DNA of 56,835 nt from Patescibacteria group bacterium (GCA_025449635.1 JANWIZ010000016.1:1-56835), one strand, 5' to 3'; shown: positions 1 to 9,837, counted from the first letter of the stretch. The notes: generated by a model not told the origin, from the letters alone. Numbers and translations: made by a program.

Positions 1-78
1 AGATTTTTCAAGGAAGTGTTGATAGACTTGGCGGATTATATCGTCATCTTCAACTAGAAGTATCTTTTTTGGATCCAT
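1..78 (-). CDS. Response regulator receiver domain, N-terminal part (runs off window)
   Basis: Manual translation MDPKKILLVEDDDIIRQVYQHFLEKS matches the receiver N-terminus (ILLVEDD). Confidence 0.85.
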   Translation of the reverse strand, partial: MDPKKILLVEDDDIIRQVYQHFLEKS

Positions 79-118
79 TTTCTAATATAATAACATTTAA
101 AACTATTAAGAAAAATAA

Positions 119-256
119 CTTGATTTACAAATAAGCGCTCGAGGTTATGTTAGAATTTTAAAAGTCGCTAGAACTATCGCCGATTTAGAAGGGAGTAGCT
201 CGATTGAAGCAGTCCATTTGGCTGAAGCGATACAATATAGATTAATTGATAAATAA
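119..256 (+). pseudogene. comM: Isolated 3' fragment of comM/yifB (Mg-chelatase-like AAA+ ATPase)
   Basis: Translation [45 protein letters not shown] is the typical ComM C-terminus. In-frame TAA at 116-118 and no ATG. Confidence 0.85.
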
Positions 257-864
257 TGGAAAATTTACTACACTTCGATATTGCTAAACTAATACAATCT
301 GTCGGATATGTAGGTGTATTTGGTATTGTTTTTGCAGAGTCTGGGTTGTTCTTTGGCGTTTTTCTTCCTGGAGATAGTTTACTTTTTACAGCAGGTTTTT
401 TGGCGTCTCAAGGATACTTCAATTTTCCAATTTTGGTAACAGGGTGTTTCTTAGCAGCAGTTTTTGGGGACAATATTGGGTATGCCTTTGGGAGAAAAGT
501 AGGTCCAAGGTTTTTTAATCGAGAGGATTCATTTTGGTTTCATAAACGACATCTTGAAACTGCAGAAAAGTTTTATGAGAAGCATGGTGGGAAGACTATT
601 ATATTGGCTAGATTCATTCCGATCGTACGCACATTTGCACCAATTGTTGCTGGAATTGGTAACATGAACTATGAAAGGTTTTTACTTTTTAATATTATCG
701 GCGGTTTTTTGTGGGCTGTGGGAATCACAACAACAGGTTTTTTTCTAGGAAAAATCGTTCCTGGAATCGATAAATATTTATTGCCAATTCTTTTTGTGAT
801 AATTCTAATCTCTCTGCTACCAACAATTATACATCTGATTAAAGATAAATTTTCTCAAAACTAA
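256..864 (+). CDS. dedA: DedA/VTT family membrane protein
   Basis: FAESGLFFGVFLPGDSLLFTAG and ARFIPIVRTFAP motifs. Confidence 0.93.
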   Translation: MENLLHFDIAKLIQSVGYVGVFGIVFAESGLFFGVFLPGDSLLFTAGFLASQGYFNFPILVTGCFLAAVFGDNIGYAFGRKVGPRFFNREDSFWFHKRHLETAEKFYEKHGGKTIILARFIPIVRTFAPIVAGIGNMNYERFLLFNIIGGFLWAVGITTTGFFLGKIVPGIDKYLLPILFVIILISLLPTIIHLIKDKFSQN

Positions 865-883
865 TAATTTAGTTAGCTACAAA

Positions 884-919
884 CAGAAAAACCCCAGGTT
901 TTCTGAAGGGGTTTCTCTG
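884..919. terminator. Intrinsic terminator-like hairpin between convergent genes
   Basis: CAGAAAAACCCC...GGGGTTTCTCTG imperfect inverted repeat. Confidence 0.6.
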
Positions 920-946
920 CAATGGTAAAAATTTACCGTTAAAAAA

Positions 947-1087
947 CTAACCGCCGATTTTGAACATTTTTGTTCCGCAATCTGGGCAAGTTCCGCGAAG
1001 AGCTTTCTTTCCGTTCTTCATGGTGACTTGTTCTGGGTTAGCAACTTCTTTCTTTGCACGACATTTTACACAATACATGGATGCCAT
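947..1087 (-). CDS. Small basic zinc-ribbon protein, DUF5679-like (46 aa; absent from ORF track)
   Basis: MASMYCVKCRAKKEVANPEQVTMKNGKKALRGTCPDCGTKMFKIGG*, with two CxxC pairs. Confidence 0.88.
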   Translation of the reverse strand: MASMYCVKCRAKKEVANPEQVTMKNGKKALRGTCPDCGTKMFKIGG

Positions 1088-1239
1088 AGAGTAGATCAGT
1101 GGATCAGTATACAAACACGATTAATATTTGTTTGCTACTGCTTTCTGAAGTTCACCTCCCTTCAAAGGATAAATGAGTTTTAAAGCTAAATGAGGATGTT
1201 ACCACTTTAATTAAATTGAGGCTGTTTAGCCTCGAAATC

Positions 1240-1268
1240 AGCTTAGCATACCTAATTGAGGCTGTCAA
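1240..1268 (-). promoter_or_regulatory. Sigma70 promoter for the DUF5679 gene
   Basis: TTGACA-17 nt-TAAGCT with extended -10 TG on the minus strand. Confidence 0.7.
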
Positions 1269-1283
1269 GCTAAATCAATTTTT

Positions 1284-1565
1284 TTAAACCCAATTTTTTA
1301 TAATAAAGCTAAGTACTATCTGAAAAACTATTGCTATAACAACAAAAAACAGTGTTTTTCTCAAATCCTTTATTACATAAGAATAATCATAACTAAAAAT
1401 TTTGGTTTGGACATTTTCAGTTGGTTTACTATCAGTAACAGTGGTTTCCAGATTTAAAGAAATACTTTTTTTAGTTAACGAGTTAGTTTCATTCCCAATG
1501 ACTTGAGTACTCTGGAGTCTGCGAAGTTGAGCTAGTATTTTACCTTGCTTTGTCTTTTTAGGCAT
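1284..1565 (-). CDS. Hypothetical protein with C-terminal TM helix
   Basis: ORF from MPKK; hydrophobic C-terminus. Confidence 0.65.
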   Translation of the reverse strand: MPKKTKQGKILAQLRRLQSTQVIGNETNSLTKKSISLNLETTVTDSKPTENVQTKIFSYDYSYVIKDLRKTLFFVVIAIVFQIVLSFIIKNWV

Positions 1566-1671
1566 AAAATGAATTTTAAAATATGCTAGCACAATATTTA
1601 AAGGGCAAGCAAGAGGAAGATTTTTTGTGGTTGCGAAATTTTGAGTAGTTATGTTACTCTAGTATGTCAAA

Positions 1672-2790
1672 ATGGAGTATTTAGGGATTTTAAAAAAGAG
1701 ATTCTCAAACCTTCCGTTTTCTAAAAAGCTTTTTTTAGGAAGCATTTTCATTTCTTTGTTAGTTTTTTCACTTTGGGCAGGCTATAATTTAGGCTATAAA
1801 AAACTTGTCATTAAAGATGAAGCATTATCACCTCGAGGTACGATTGTATCAGGTAAACCTGAGGAGCCGATCGATTTTCCAAATCCAATCAATGGGGTAT
1901 TATTTAAAAAAAGTGAGGCACAAGCATGGATAAATAACTTGCCATTAGCTGTGATGGTTGAGAATCACACCCAAGCTAGACCACAAACTGGTTTATCAAA
2001 AGCAGACATTGTTTATGAAGCTTTAGCTGAAGGTGGGATAACTAGATTTTTGGCAGTTTTTCTGCAAGAAGATACTCGCATTGGGCCGGTTCGGAGTGCA
2101 CGTTCTTACTATTTAGATTGGGCTGTAGAATACGATGCAGCTTATGTCCATTTTGGAGGGTCCCCAGATGCTATAAGTAAGATTAAAACCTATGGTATTA
2201 AGGATCTAAACGGGTTAACATTGGGAGCCCCCACCTTTGAAAGAAGTAAAGCACGGTCAGCTCCTCACAACGTTTATACAACAACACAAAAGCTACGAGA
2301 GAGAGCTAGTAGTAAGGGGATTAAAAAGGGGTCTGATATTGTTTCTTGGAAATTCCTTGATGAAAAGAATATACCAGCAAGAAAAGATCGACCTGAAACT
2401 TTTTTAATAAAATTAGATTTCAAAGGAACTTTCGGTTACAATGTTGAGTGGAGGTACAATGCTGATACAAATTCGTATTTTCGTTTCAACGCTGGTACTT
2501 CCGCAATAGATAACTCGACAAAATTACCTATTGAAGCTAAGACAATAATTGTGCAAACTGTACAAAATGCCCCTGACCCATCGGGGCATTCGCGTTTGAA
2601 AATGACAACAGTTGGTTCAAATTCTGTTGCGGTTTTTGAGAACGGAACATTTATTGAAGGAAGTTGGAAAAAAGATAGTAGAACTGCAAGAACTTTGTTT
2701 TATGATAGAGCTGGTGAGGAAATAAAATTGAATCGTGGTAAAATCTGGGTAGAAATTATTCCTCCTGGATCAAAATTTACTCATTCATAA
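1672..2790 (+). CDS. DUF3048 (YerB-like) extracytoplasmic protein
   Basis: PLAVMVEN...ARPQTGLSKADIVYE..AEGGITRF, IGPVRSAR and APHNVY motifs; N-terminal TM. Confidence 0.88.
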   Translation: MEYLGILKKRFSNLPFSKKLFLGSIFISLLVFSLWAGYNLGYKKLVIKDEALSPRGTIVSGKPEEPIDFPNPINGVLFKKSEAQAWINNLPLAVMVENHTQARPQTGLSKADIVYEALAEGGITRFLAVFLQEDTRIGPVRSARSYYLDWAVEYDAAYVHFGGSPDAISKIKTYGIKDLNGLTLGAPTFERSKARSAPHNVYTTTQKLRERASSKGIKKGSDIVSWKFLDEKNIPARKDRPETFLIKLDFKGTFGYNVEWRYNADTNSYFRFNAGTSAIDNSTKLPIEAKTIIVQTVQNAPDPSGHSRLKMTTVGSNSVAVFENGTFIEGSWKKDSRTARTLFYDRAGEEIKLNRGKIWVEIIPPGSKFTHS

Positions 2791-2801
2791 AGGAGGTAAC
2801 T

Positions 2802-3377
2802 ATGCTTAAAGATCTATTTATTTCAAAAACACGTGTAAAATTGCTAACGGTTTTTCTTACCAACCCAGGAAAAATATTTTATGTGCGTGAACTAGTAAGA
2901 ATGGTAAGTGAGCAGATTAATGCCGTTAGGGCTGAGTTGGCAAGAATGGAAAAAGTTGGAATGCTATCGAGCGAAAACAGGGCTAATAGAAGGTTTTACG
3001 GATTTAAAAAAGAGTATATATACTTTGACGAGCTTTCCAGGCTTGTTGCCAAATCCACTGGTTTAGGTGGGGATATTATAAAAGAGAGGGGAAAGTTAGG
3101 TAAAATCAAGTACGCGGTAATTTCAGGTGGTTATGTTCGTCGAAGACCTGTGGGGGTAAGTGATGTTGATCTGCTAGTTGTTGGTAATGTAGTGATTCCA
3201 CAATTAGCACAATTGGTGAAACGTTCTGAAGAAGAAATTGGTAGGGAAATAAATTATACTGTAATGACGGAAGATGAATTTAACTTTCGAAAAAGAAGAA
3301 AAGACCCATTTGTAGTTGGAATTTTGGAAAAAACTCGAATAATGCTGATTGGAGATGAAGAAGAAATTATTCATTAA
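2802..3377 (+). CDS. Winged-helix plus degenerate nucleotidyltransferase-fold protein
   Basis: N-terminal HTH (YVRELVR...NAVRAEL); DVDLLVVG and GREINY motifs; AGGAGG RBS. Confidence 0.7.
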   Translation: MLKDLFISKTRVKLLTVFLTNPGKIFYVRELVRMVSEQINAVRAELARMEKVGMLSSENRANRRFYGFKKEYIYFDELSRLVAKSTGLGGDIIKERGKLGKIKYAVISGGYVRRRPVGVSDVDLLVVGNVVIPQLAQLVKRSEEEIGREINYTVMTEDEFNFRKRRKDPFVVGILEKTRIMLIGDEEEIIH

Positions 3378-3439
3378 GTCTTGTCCAACAGACCTTGTTT
3401 ACAATAGTCAATTTTAGTATTCTTTGTTTTAATTAAATA

Positions 3440-4774
3440 ATGTTAAAAAAGAGATTTGGGTTGTTCTTTATTTTAATAGTGACTTGTCTAGCTCTGATAG
3501 TTGATTGGCCAAGAGTGCCTGTAAAATTTAATTTAGGGCCAATCAAAATCGATACTGTACTTGCAGGTCCAAAGTTGGATACAAGTATTTTTGGAATACC
3601 AATCAAACGCGATTTGGATTTGAAGCTTGGGTTGGATTTGCAAGGAGGTACGGATCTTACTCTGAGGGCGGATATGACAGGAATTGCTGAAAAAGATCGA
3701 GATCAAGCGCTTGATTCCGTAAAGCAAGTTTTGGAACGAAGGGTAAATCTTTATGGAGTTTCGGAACCGGTTGTTCAAACCGCAAAAGCGAGTGGAGAGT
3801 ATAGAATAATAATCCAGCTTCCTGGAATTAAAGATGTCGATCAAGCAAAACAATTGGTAGGTCAAACTGCAAAATTGGAGTTTAGGGAAGCTGTTGACCC
3901 AGCTGCACAAGCACTGACAATAGAAAATACTAAACCTACGGGTATTTCCGGAAAAGATTTAAAGAGCGCAGATGCCGGGTTTTCTGATAGTCAGTCGAGC
4001 CAAGGCCCTTCTGCAACTGTTGTAAACTTTGAAATAAAAGATGAGAGCGCAGATAAATTTAAGCAACTCACAAAACGTTTATTGCAAAAGCCATTGGCTA
4101 TTTTTCTTGATGATACGCTTCTAAGCGCTCCAATTGTCCAATCGGAGATTGGAAGCAAGGGGCAAATTACACTAGGTGAAAATACTAGTATTGAGTACGC
4201 TAAGAGTCTGGCAACGAGTCTTAAAGCCGGTGCACTTCCAGTGAAAAAAATCGATATTGTTTCCGAAAGAACTGTTGGAGCAACTTTGGGTCAAGAGTCC
4301 GTACAGCAAAGTTTGCTTGCAGGTATGGTAGGCTTATTCGTTATTGGGGTGTTTATGGTTTTCTTTTACGGCTTGCCAGGAATGCTTGCTAACTTAGCAC
4401 TGATTGTTTATACATTAGTTTCGATTGCACTTTTTAAGACAATTCCGATAACGCTGACTTTGGCTGGTATTGCCGGTTTTATTCTCTCGATCGGAATGGC
4501 GGTAGATGCCAATGTTTTAATTTTTGAAAGGATGAAGGAAGAGCTTAGGGCAGGAAGACTGAGAAAACAAGCCATAGAGATTGGTTTTAGCAGAGCTTGG
4601 AATTCGATTCGAGATTCCAACGTTTCGTCTTTAATAACGACATTTATTTTGTTTATTTTTGGAACTGGACAAGTCAGGGGTTTTGCAATTACTTTAGCAG
4701 TTGGTATTGGAGTGTCTATGTTTACTGCCATTACTGTTACAAGAACCTTTCTTAGATTTGTCTATAAAGAATGA
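3440..4774 (+). CDS. secD: Protein translocase subunit SecD
   Basis: LGLDLQGG and GMAVDANVLIFER motifs. Confidence 0.97.
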   Translation: MLKKRFGLFFILIVTCLALIVDWPRVPVKFNLGPIKIDTVLAGPKLDTSIFGIPIKRDLDLKLGLDLQGGTDLTLRADMTGIAEKDRDQALDSVKQVLERRVNLYGVSEPVVQTAKASGEYRIIIQLPGIKDVDQAKQLVGQTAKLEFREAVDPAAQALTIENTKPTGISGKDLKSADAGFSDSQSSQGPSATVVNFEIKDESADKFKQLTKRLLQKPLAIFLDDTLLSAPIVQSEIGSKGQITLGENTSIEYAKSLATSLKAGALPVKKIDIVSERTVGATLGQESVQQSLLAGMVGLFVIGVFMVFFYGLPGMLANLALIVYTLVSIALFKTIPITLTLAGIAGFILSIGMAVDANVLIFERMKEELRAGRLRKQAIEIGFSRAWNSIRDSNVSSLITTFILFIFGTGQVRGFAITLAVGIGVSMFTAITVTRTFLRFVYKE

Positions 4775-5715
4775 GACTAAGGAAAACTTTTTTCAAAAGA
4801 CGGCCCAAAAGCACTTTTAAACTGCTAAAAAAAACTTTGGAGCAACATAGTCAAGAGTTAATCTCTGAGCTTGAAGATAAGCACAAAGACACACTCAAAT
4901 GGTTTTCTAAAAAGGGAATAAATTTAGATGAGGTTGTTAAAACAGGGTCAAGAGGTGCTTTGACAGGGTTGGCAGCAGGGTTTGTATTACTCTCGAGTGG
5001 TGTAACAGCGAAGGTTGAAGAAAGACAGGTAACAACTAGTAATCTGAGTGTTAATCATATAGTTGGAGAGATAAAAGCTCGGCAAGCACAGGAGCAAAAC
5101 CTTTTAAAAATGCTTCAAGAAACATTACCGAGAAATAAAAACCAGCTGACGGATGCAGAGGCAGATAAAGTTGCTCAATCGGTTTCCCAAGTAAGCGGTA
5201 TTAATGTAAAGGCGGGTTTAGCTGGAAATAGATTGAATACAAATTATGGGAAGATTGGCCTAGAGCAGCATTTACCTAGATACCCAGGAGAAAAGATGGA
5301 AGACCATTTTCTTTCTGGGAGTGGAGTAAGTCGTTATTTGAAAAGTGGGATGACAAGGAATCGAGGAGCGTTTGGTTATTTTGCTAAAGATAAACACAGT
5401 CTCACACCAGACGCGATTGAAAAGGAAAAATATTATGTAGTTGTTCAGACTTTTGCTTTCGATGGTTGGGGTAAAAATAGAAATATGAGAGAGTGGTATA
5501 AGCACAGGAAAATGATTGTTATAAACACTAAAAACGGCAGAGCAGTTGTTGGGGTTATCGCCGACAGTGGTCCGGCAAGATGGACCGGAAAAAGCTTTGG
5601 CGGTTCGCCAGAATTGATGGATCAGCTTGGAATGTATCAAGGAAATCGAAAATCCAAAGTATTAATGTTTTTTGTTGATGATGCTGGTGGAAGTATTAAG
5701 TTAGGACCACTTTAA
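4771..5715 (+). CDS. Membrane-anchored protein with C-terminal RlpA-like double-psi beta-barrel
   Basis: TM around aa 63-78; C-terminal VINTKNGRAVVGVIADSGP resembles the RlpA pattern VTN..NGRSVVVR..DRGP. Confidence 0.55.
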   Translation: MRLRKTFFKRRPKSTFKLLKKTLEQHSQELISELEDKHKDTLKWFSKKGINLDEVVKTGSRGALTGLAAGFVLLSSGVTAKVEERQVTTSNLSVNHIVGEIKARQAQEQNLLKMLQETLPRNKNQLTDAEADKVAQSVSQVSGINVKAGLAGNRLNTNYGKIGLEQHLPRYPGEKMEDHFLSGSGVSRYLKSGMTRNRGAFGYFAKDKHSLTPDAIEKEKYYVVVQTFAFDGWGKNRNMREWYKHRKMIVINTKNGRAVVGVIADSGPARWTGKSFGGSPELMDQLGMYQGNRKSKVLMFFVDDAGGSIKLGPL

Positions 5716-5720
5716 AAAAA

Positions 5721-6041
5721 ATGAGTATTTTAGTAAAACATTTTGTTACAAACCCAAGAGTTTTGATGGATATAGAGGGCCTTTCTTTGGATCAGGAGGA
5801 GAAAAATAAATTGACAGAAATTGCGACTCTGATCTATCATCAAAAACTATTGAATAAGTTTTTGGACGAACTTATAGAAGAAGACAAAAAAATATTTATA
5901 GATAAAGTTTTAACTGATTCAAAGGAAGATTCCCTAAATTTTTTATATGAAAAAATTGAGAATATTGAAAAAGTTGTAGAAAAGGCTATTTTTGAAATCG
6001 AAACCAAATTATTAGAGGATATAAGAGCACTTAAAGAGTAA
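5721..6041 (+). CDS. Hypothetical acidic helical protein
   Basis: ORF in operon context between secD and secF. Confidence 0.7.
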   Translation: MSILVKHFVTNPRVLMDIEGLSLDQEEKNKLTEIATLIYHQKLLNKFLDELIEEDKKIFIDKVLTDSKEDSLNFLYEKIENIEKVVEKAIFEIETKLLEDIRALKE

Positions 6042-6054
6042 TTAAAATACAAAA

Positions 6055-6948
6055 ATGCTAAGAATTATTGAAAATAGGAATTGGTACTTTTTAATATCAG
6101 TTTTAATAATAGTACCAGGTTTGATATCACTTTTTCTTTTTGGACTAAATTTTGGTGTCGATTTTACAGGAGGTAGTTTAGTTGAAATAAAATTTGCTAA
6201 GGAGGTGGATAAGAACCAGATAGTTGAGATAGGTAAGAGTGCAAAAGTAGAGATAGTTTCAATTCAAACGACTGGTGAAAATACATACCTTTTGAGATCA
6301 CACCCGCTTTCAGATGAGGAAGAAAAGAATTTAGTAAGCAAATTAAAGGAAAAATACCCTTCAACACAAGAGGTTAGTAAGGAGACGATTGGACCGACTA
6401 TTGGAAGAGAGCTTCTGCAAAATGCGGTTTTTGCTTTAATTGCGGCAACAGTAATGATCGTTATTTACATTTCTTGGGCTTTTCGTTCAGTTCCTAAACC
6501 CGCTTCCAGTTTACGTTTTGGTATTTGTGCAATAATCGCCCTGCTACATGATGTGTTACTTCTTTTAGGTGTGTTTTCACTGTTAGGTCATTTCTTCGCA
6601 GTCGAGATCGACAGCTTATTTGTTACTGCAGTTCTCACGGTGATTGGATTTTCGGTTCATGACACGATTGTAGTTTTTGACCGAATAAGAGAAAACTTAA
6701 ACAAAGCTTCATTTAAAACCTTTGAAGAAACTGTTTCACATTCAATAATGCAAACACTAGGACGATCTTTAAATACATCTTTGACTGTGGTTCTAGTACT
6801 ATTAGCTTTACTATTATTCGGAGGTACTTCAATCAAATGGTTTGTAGTTGCGCTTTTGATTGGTATAATTTCAGGAACCTATTCTTCTATCTTTAATGCA
6901 GCACCATTATTGGTCGTGTGGCAAAAATGGTCCGAAAGAAAAAAATAG
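6055..6948 (+). CDS. secF: Protein translocase subunit SecF
   Basis: GVDFTGG and GFSVHDTIVVFDRIRE motifs. Confidence 0.97.
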   Translation: MLRIIENRNWYFLISVLIIVPGLISLFLFGLNFGVDFTGGSLVEIKFAKEVDKNQIVEIGKSAKVEIVSIQTTGENTYLLRSHPLSDEEEKNLVSKLKEKYPSTQEVSKETIGPTIGRELLQNAVFALIAATVMIVIYISWAFRSVPKPASSLRFGICAIIALLHDVLLLLGVFSLLGHFFAVEIDSLFVTAVLTVIGFSVHDTIVVFDRIRENLNKASFKTFEETVSHSIMQTLGRSLNTSLTVVLVLLALLLFGGTSIKWFVVALLIGIISGTYSSIFNAAPLLVVWQKWSERKK

Positions 6949-6982
6949 TCTTCAACCCATTCTCAATGTTAAAATTAAATAA

Positions 6983-8749
6983 ATGAAAAAAGTTTTCCTT
7001 TTATTAATATGTGTTTTGACCTTTTTAGTTCCAAGTCAGGTAAACGCTTCAGAAAACTGGAAAATAGAAAATTTTCAATCAAACATCATTCTTAATGAAA
7101 CCGGAGTTGTTAGCGTTACCGAAACTATTAGTGTTGATTTTTCAGATGTGAGTAAACACGGTATTTTTAGAGATATCCCATATATTTACAAAAATCAGGA
7201 CGGTTCTAATAAATATACAGAAATAAAAGTATTAACTGTTCTGCGTGAAGATAAATCAGAAAAATATGAAACCTCTTTTTTAAATGGTTATATACGTATA
7301 AAAATTGGGGAAGAAAATGTAACGATAACTGGTCGTCACGACTATAAAATAAGTTATGAAGCTATAGGGGTGCTAAAAAGTTTTGAAAATTTTGATGAAC
7401 TATATTGGAATGTAACAGGTAATTATTGGGGTGTGGTAATTGAAAAAGCTTCAGCGACGGTTGTTTTACCAAAAAACGGTATTAATCAAACTAAGTGCTA
7501 TCAAGGAATTGTAGGATCTGCAGAACCCTGTGCGTTTACAGTTGATAGTCCTATTTTAGCTAATTTTGCCACTACCCGAAGGTTGAATATTGGTGAAGGT
7601 GTTACTCTTGCGATTGGTTACACAAAAGATTTAGTTCCCATACTTCAAGGTAACAAACCGAAGGAAATAACAGACGATTTATTCTCTCTTGCGAGTGTTG
7701 GGGTTTTCTTAAGCACAGTTTTACTTGGATTGGTTCTAGTAATTACTTTATGGTTACATAAAGGAAGAGATTTTTGGTTTCGATCTAGATTTCTTAATGA
7801 CGCACAAACCAAACATGAGGTTAAGCCAGTAGGTGGTTACGAAACAGTAGTTGTCGAATTTACCCCACCGGAAAATTTGCGTCCAGGGGAAATAGGAGCA
7901 TTGCTAGATGAGAATGTTAGTAATATTGAAATTACAGCTACAATTGTGGATCTTGCAAATCGTGGTTATCTAACAATAGCTGAAAAACCTAAAAAATGGC
8001 TTTTTGGTAGTGTTGATTATGTGTTTCATCAGTTAGATAAGGATCAGTCTATACTTCTGAATTATGAAAAAGAGTTATTGGATAAAGTTTTTGAAAAAAA
8101 CGCTACTGTGAAACTCTCAGACTTAAGGAACAAATTTTACACTTCAGTAAACGGAATCAAAGACAGGATTTATTCAAATTTAGTTAACAAGAAATTTTTT
8201 GCCGAGAGCCCTGCTTTAGTGAGATTAAAATATTTTTTCATTGGAATTGCGATAAGTGTTACTGGCGGAGTTTTGGTTTGGTTTGGCTTTTTGCAAATCA
8301 ATTCTTATATTGTAAGTTTTGGAGCAGGACTTGTTGTAGTTAGTTTATTTGCAATGGTTGTTTCTAGGTCAATGCCAAGAAAAACGGCCCAAGGTAGAGC
8401 GATTTATGTTCGAGCAAAGGGTTACAAAATGTTTGTTGAGCGAGCCGAAAAATACCGTCAGCAATTTTTTGAAAAAAGAAATTTGTTTAATGAAGTTTTG
8501 CCTTATGCAATTGTCTTTGGAGTAACTGAAAAATTTGCTAAAGCCTTCAAGGAGATAGGTATAGAGCCGGAAAAGCCGACTTGGTATTCTGGTAATCACA
8601 CTTTCAATGCAGCAGTTTTTGGTGCTAGTATGGCAAGTTTTTCAAATTCTTTTTCCAATACAATTGCCTCCAGCCCAAGCAGTAGTGGCTCTGGTGGAGG
8701 AGGTTCCTCAGGCGGTGGTTTTGGTGGAGGTGGTGGAGGCAGCTGGTAA
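6983..8749 (+). CDS. DUF2207 family membrane protein
   Basis: Signal peptide, HGIFRDIP, DELYWNVTG, LPYAIVFG and Gly/Ser-rich GGGGGSW tail. Confidence 0.9.
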   Translation: MKKVFLLLICVLTFLVPSQVNASENWKIENFQSNIILNETGVVSVTETISVDFSDVSKHGIFRDIPYIYKNQDGSNKYTEIKVLTVLREDKSEKYETSFLNGYIRIKIGEENVTITGRHDYKISYEAIGVLKSFENFDELYWNVTGNYWGVVIEKASATVVLPKNGINQTKCYQGIVGSAEPCAFTVDSPILANFATTRRLNIGEGVTLAIGYTKDLVPILQGNKPKEITDDLFSLASVGVFLSTVLLGLVLVITLWLHKGRDFWFRSRFLNDAQTKHEVKPVGGYETVVVEFTPPENLRPGEIGALLDENVSNIEITATIVDLANRGYLTIAEKPKKWLFGSVDYVFHQLDKDQSILLNYEKELLDKVFEKNATVKLSDLRNKFYTSVNGIKDRIYSNLVNKKFFAESPALVRLKYFFIGIAISVTGGVLVWFGFLQINSYIVSFGAGLVVVSLFAMVVSRSMPRKTAQGRAIYVRAKGYKMFVERAEKYRQQFFEKRNLFNEVLPYAIVFGVTEKFAKAFKEIGIEPEKPTWYSGNHTFNAAVFGASMASFSNSFSNTIASSPSSSGSGGGGSSGGGFGGGGGGSW

Positions 8750-8776
8750 GTAAGCAAACAAGCAACCCATAGTATA

Positions 8777-8805
8777 TTGATTTTCCAAAAAATTACGAGT
8801 AAAAT
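8777..8805 (+). promoter_or_regulatory. Sigma70 promoter for the MBL hydrolase gene
   Basis: TTGATT-17 nt-TAAAAT. Confidence 0.6.
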
Positions 8806-8877
8806 CTAAATTGGTGCAATTCTCGAACTGATAACCTCTCGGTTGGGGAGAGAAAGATAGAAAGGGAAAGACCAGCA

Positions 8878-9837
8878 ATGAGAGTTAAGTTTTGGGGAAC
8901 GCGTGGCTCGATGCCCGCAGCTGGTAATGAGTTTGCTCGGTATGGTGGACGCACAACTTGCGTTCAGATCATGTCCGAGTATCTCCCACCGGAAACGATT
9001 CTTGCGGTCGATGCAGGCACTGGCATAGATCTGCTTGGGAAAAAGGCGTTGACTGAAGGTGTGAAATGGGCACATGTACTCTTTTCACACTGGCATCACG
9101 ACCATACCCAGGGGCTTTTGCTCTGCCCGCCGATGTTCAAGGAGGACTTCACGTTCTACTTGTATGGGCCAGAAGAACACGGTTACACACCATTCAAGGT
9201 CTATGAGGCCTTGATGCAACCACCCCTTTTCCCGGTGCATTTCGCCCGGGTTAGACACCACTTTCGCCAAAAGCCAATCCGGTTTCCGGAAGCCCAGGCG
9301 ATTGTCGTGCACCCAGAAGGTGGGTTCAAGCTTCTCAACGTGGACGAACTCGCAAATGCCGAGAAGAACGAACCAGCTCAGCTCCAGATCCGACAAGGGA
9401 AATACCCGGTCGAGGAGTGTTTGGTAATCCGCATGATTCGCGGCAACCACCCCGATCGGTCCATCTCTTATCGGTTCGAGGAACGGCCGACCGGAAAGGT
9501 TTTCGTGTTCATGACTGACCACGAAAATACTGACGGTATCTCACAGGATATGCGTCGTCATTTGAAGGGAACTGACGTTCTGGTAATGGACTCTCAGTAT
9601 TCCCGACATCTGTACGACGAGCACACAGTGGGTTTCGGACACTCTACACCTGACTATTGTGTTCGGATCGCTGCTGCGGCTGGGACCTGTGGGTTTCTTG
9701 GGCTGACTCACCACGATCCTTTCGCTACGGACGAGGCGGTCGATGAAGTCCTAGAAGAAGCAAAGGCTGTCGCCGATAGCATTGGCTATAAGGGATTAAT
9801 TCGCGCCCTCGCTGATAACGACGAGATCGAAATCTAG
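8878..9837 (+). CDS. MBL-fold metallo-hydrolase (RNase Z/phosphodiesterase-like)
   Basis: FWGTRGS, HWHHDH, GFGHS and THHDP motifs; visibly GC-richer than its flanks. Confidence 0.9.
   Translation: MRVKFWGTRGSMPAAGNEFARYGGRTTCVQIMSEYLPPETILAVDAGTGIDLLGKKALTEGVKWAHVLFSHWHHDHTQGLLLCPPMFKEDFTFYLYGPEEHGYTPFKVYEALMQPPLFPVHFARVRHHFRQKPIRFPEAQAIVVHPEGGFKLLNVDELANAEKNEPAQLQIRQGKYPVEECLVIRMIRGNHPDRSISYRFEERPTGKVFVFMTDHENTDGISQDMRRHLKGTDVLVMDSQYSRHLYDEHTVGFGHSTPDYCVRIAAAAGTCGFLGLTHHDPFATDEAVDEVLEEAKAVADSIGYKGLIRALADNDEIEI

Noticed and set aside
8665..8749. GGT/GGA-rich repeat
   Set aside because: It is the normal Gly/Ser-rich tail of DUF2207 proteins.
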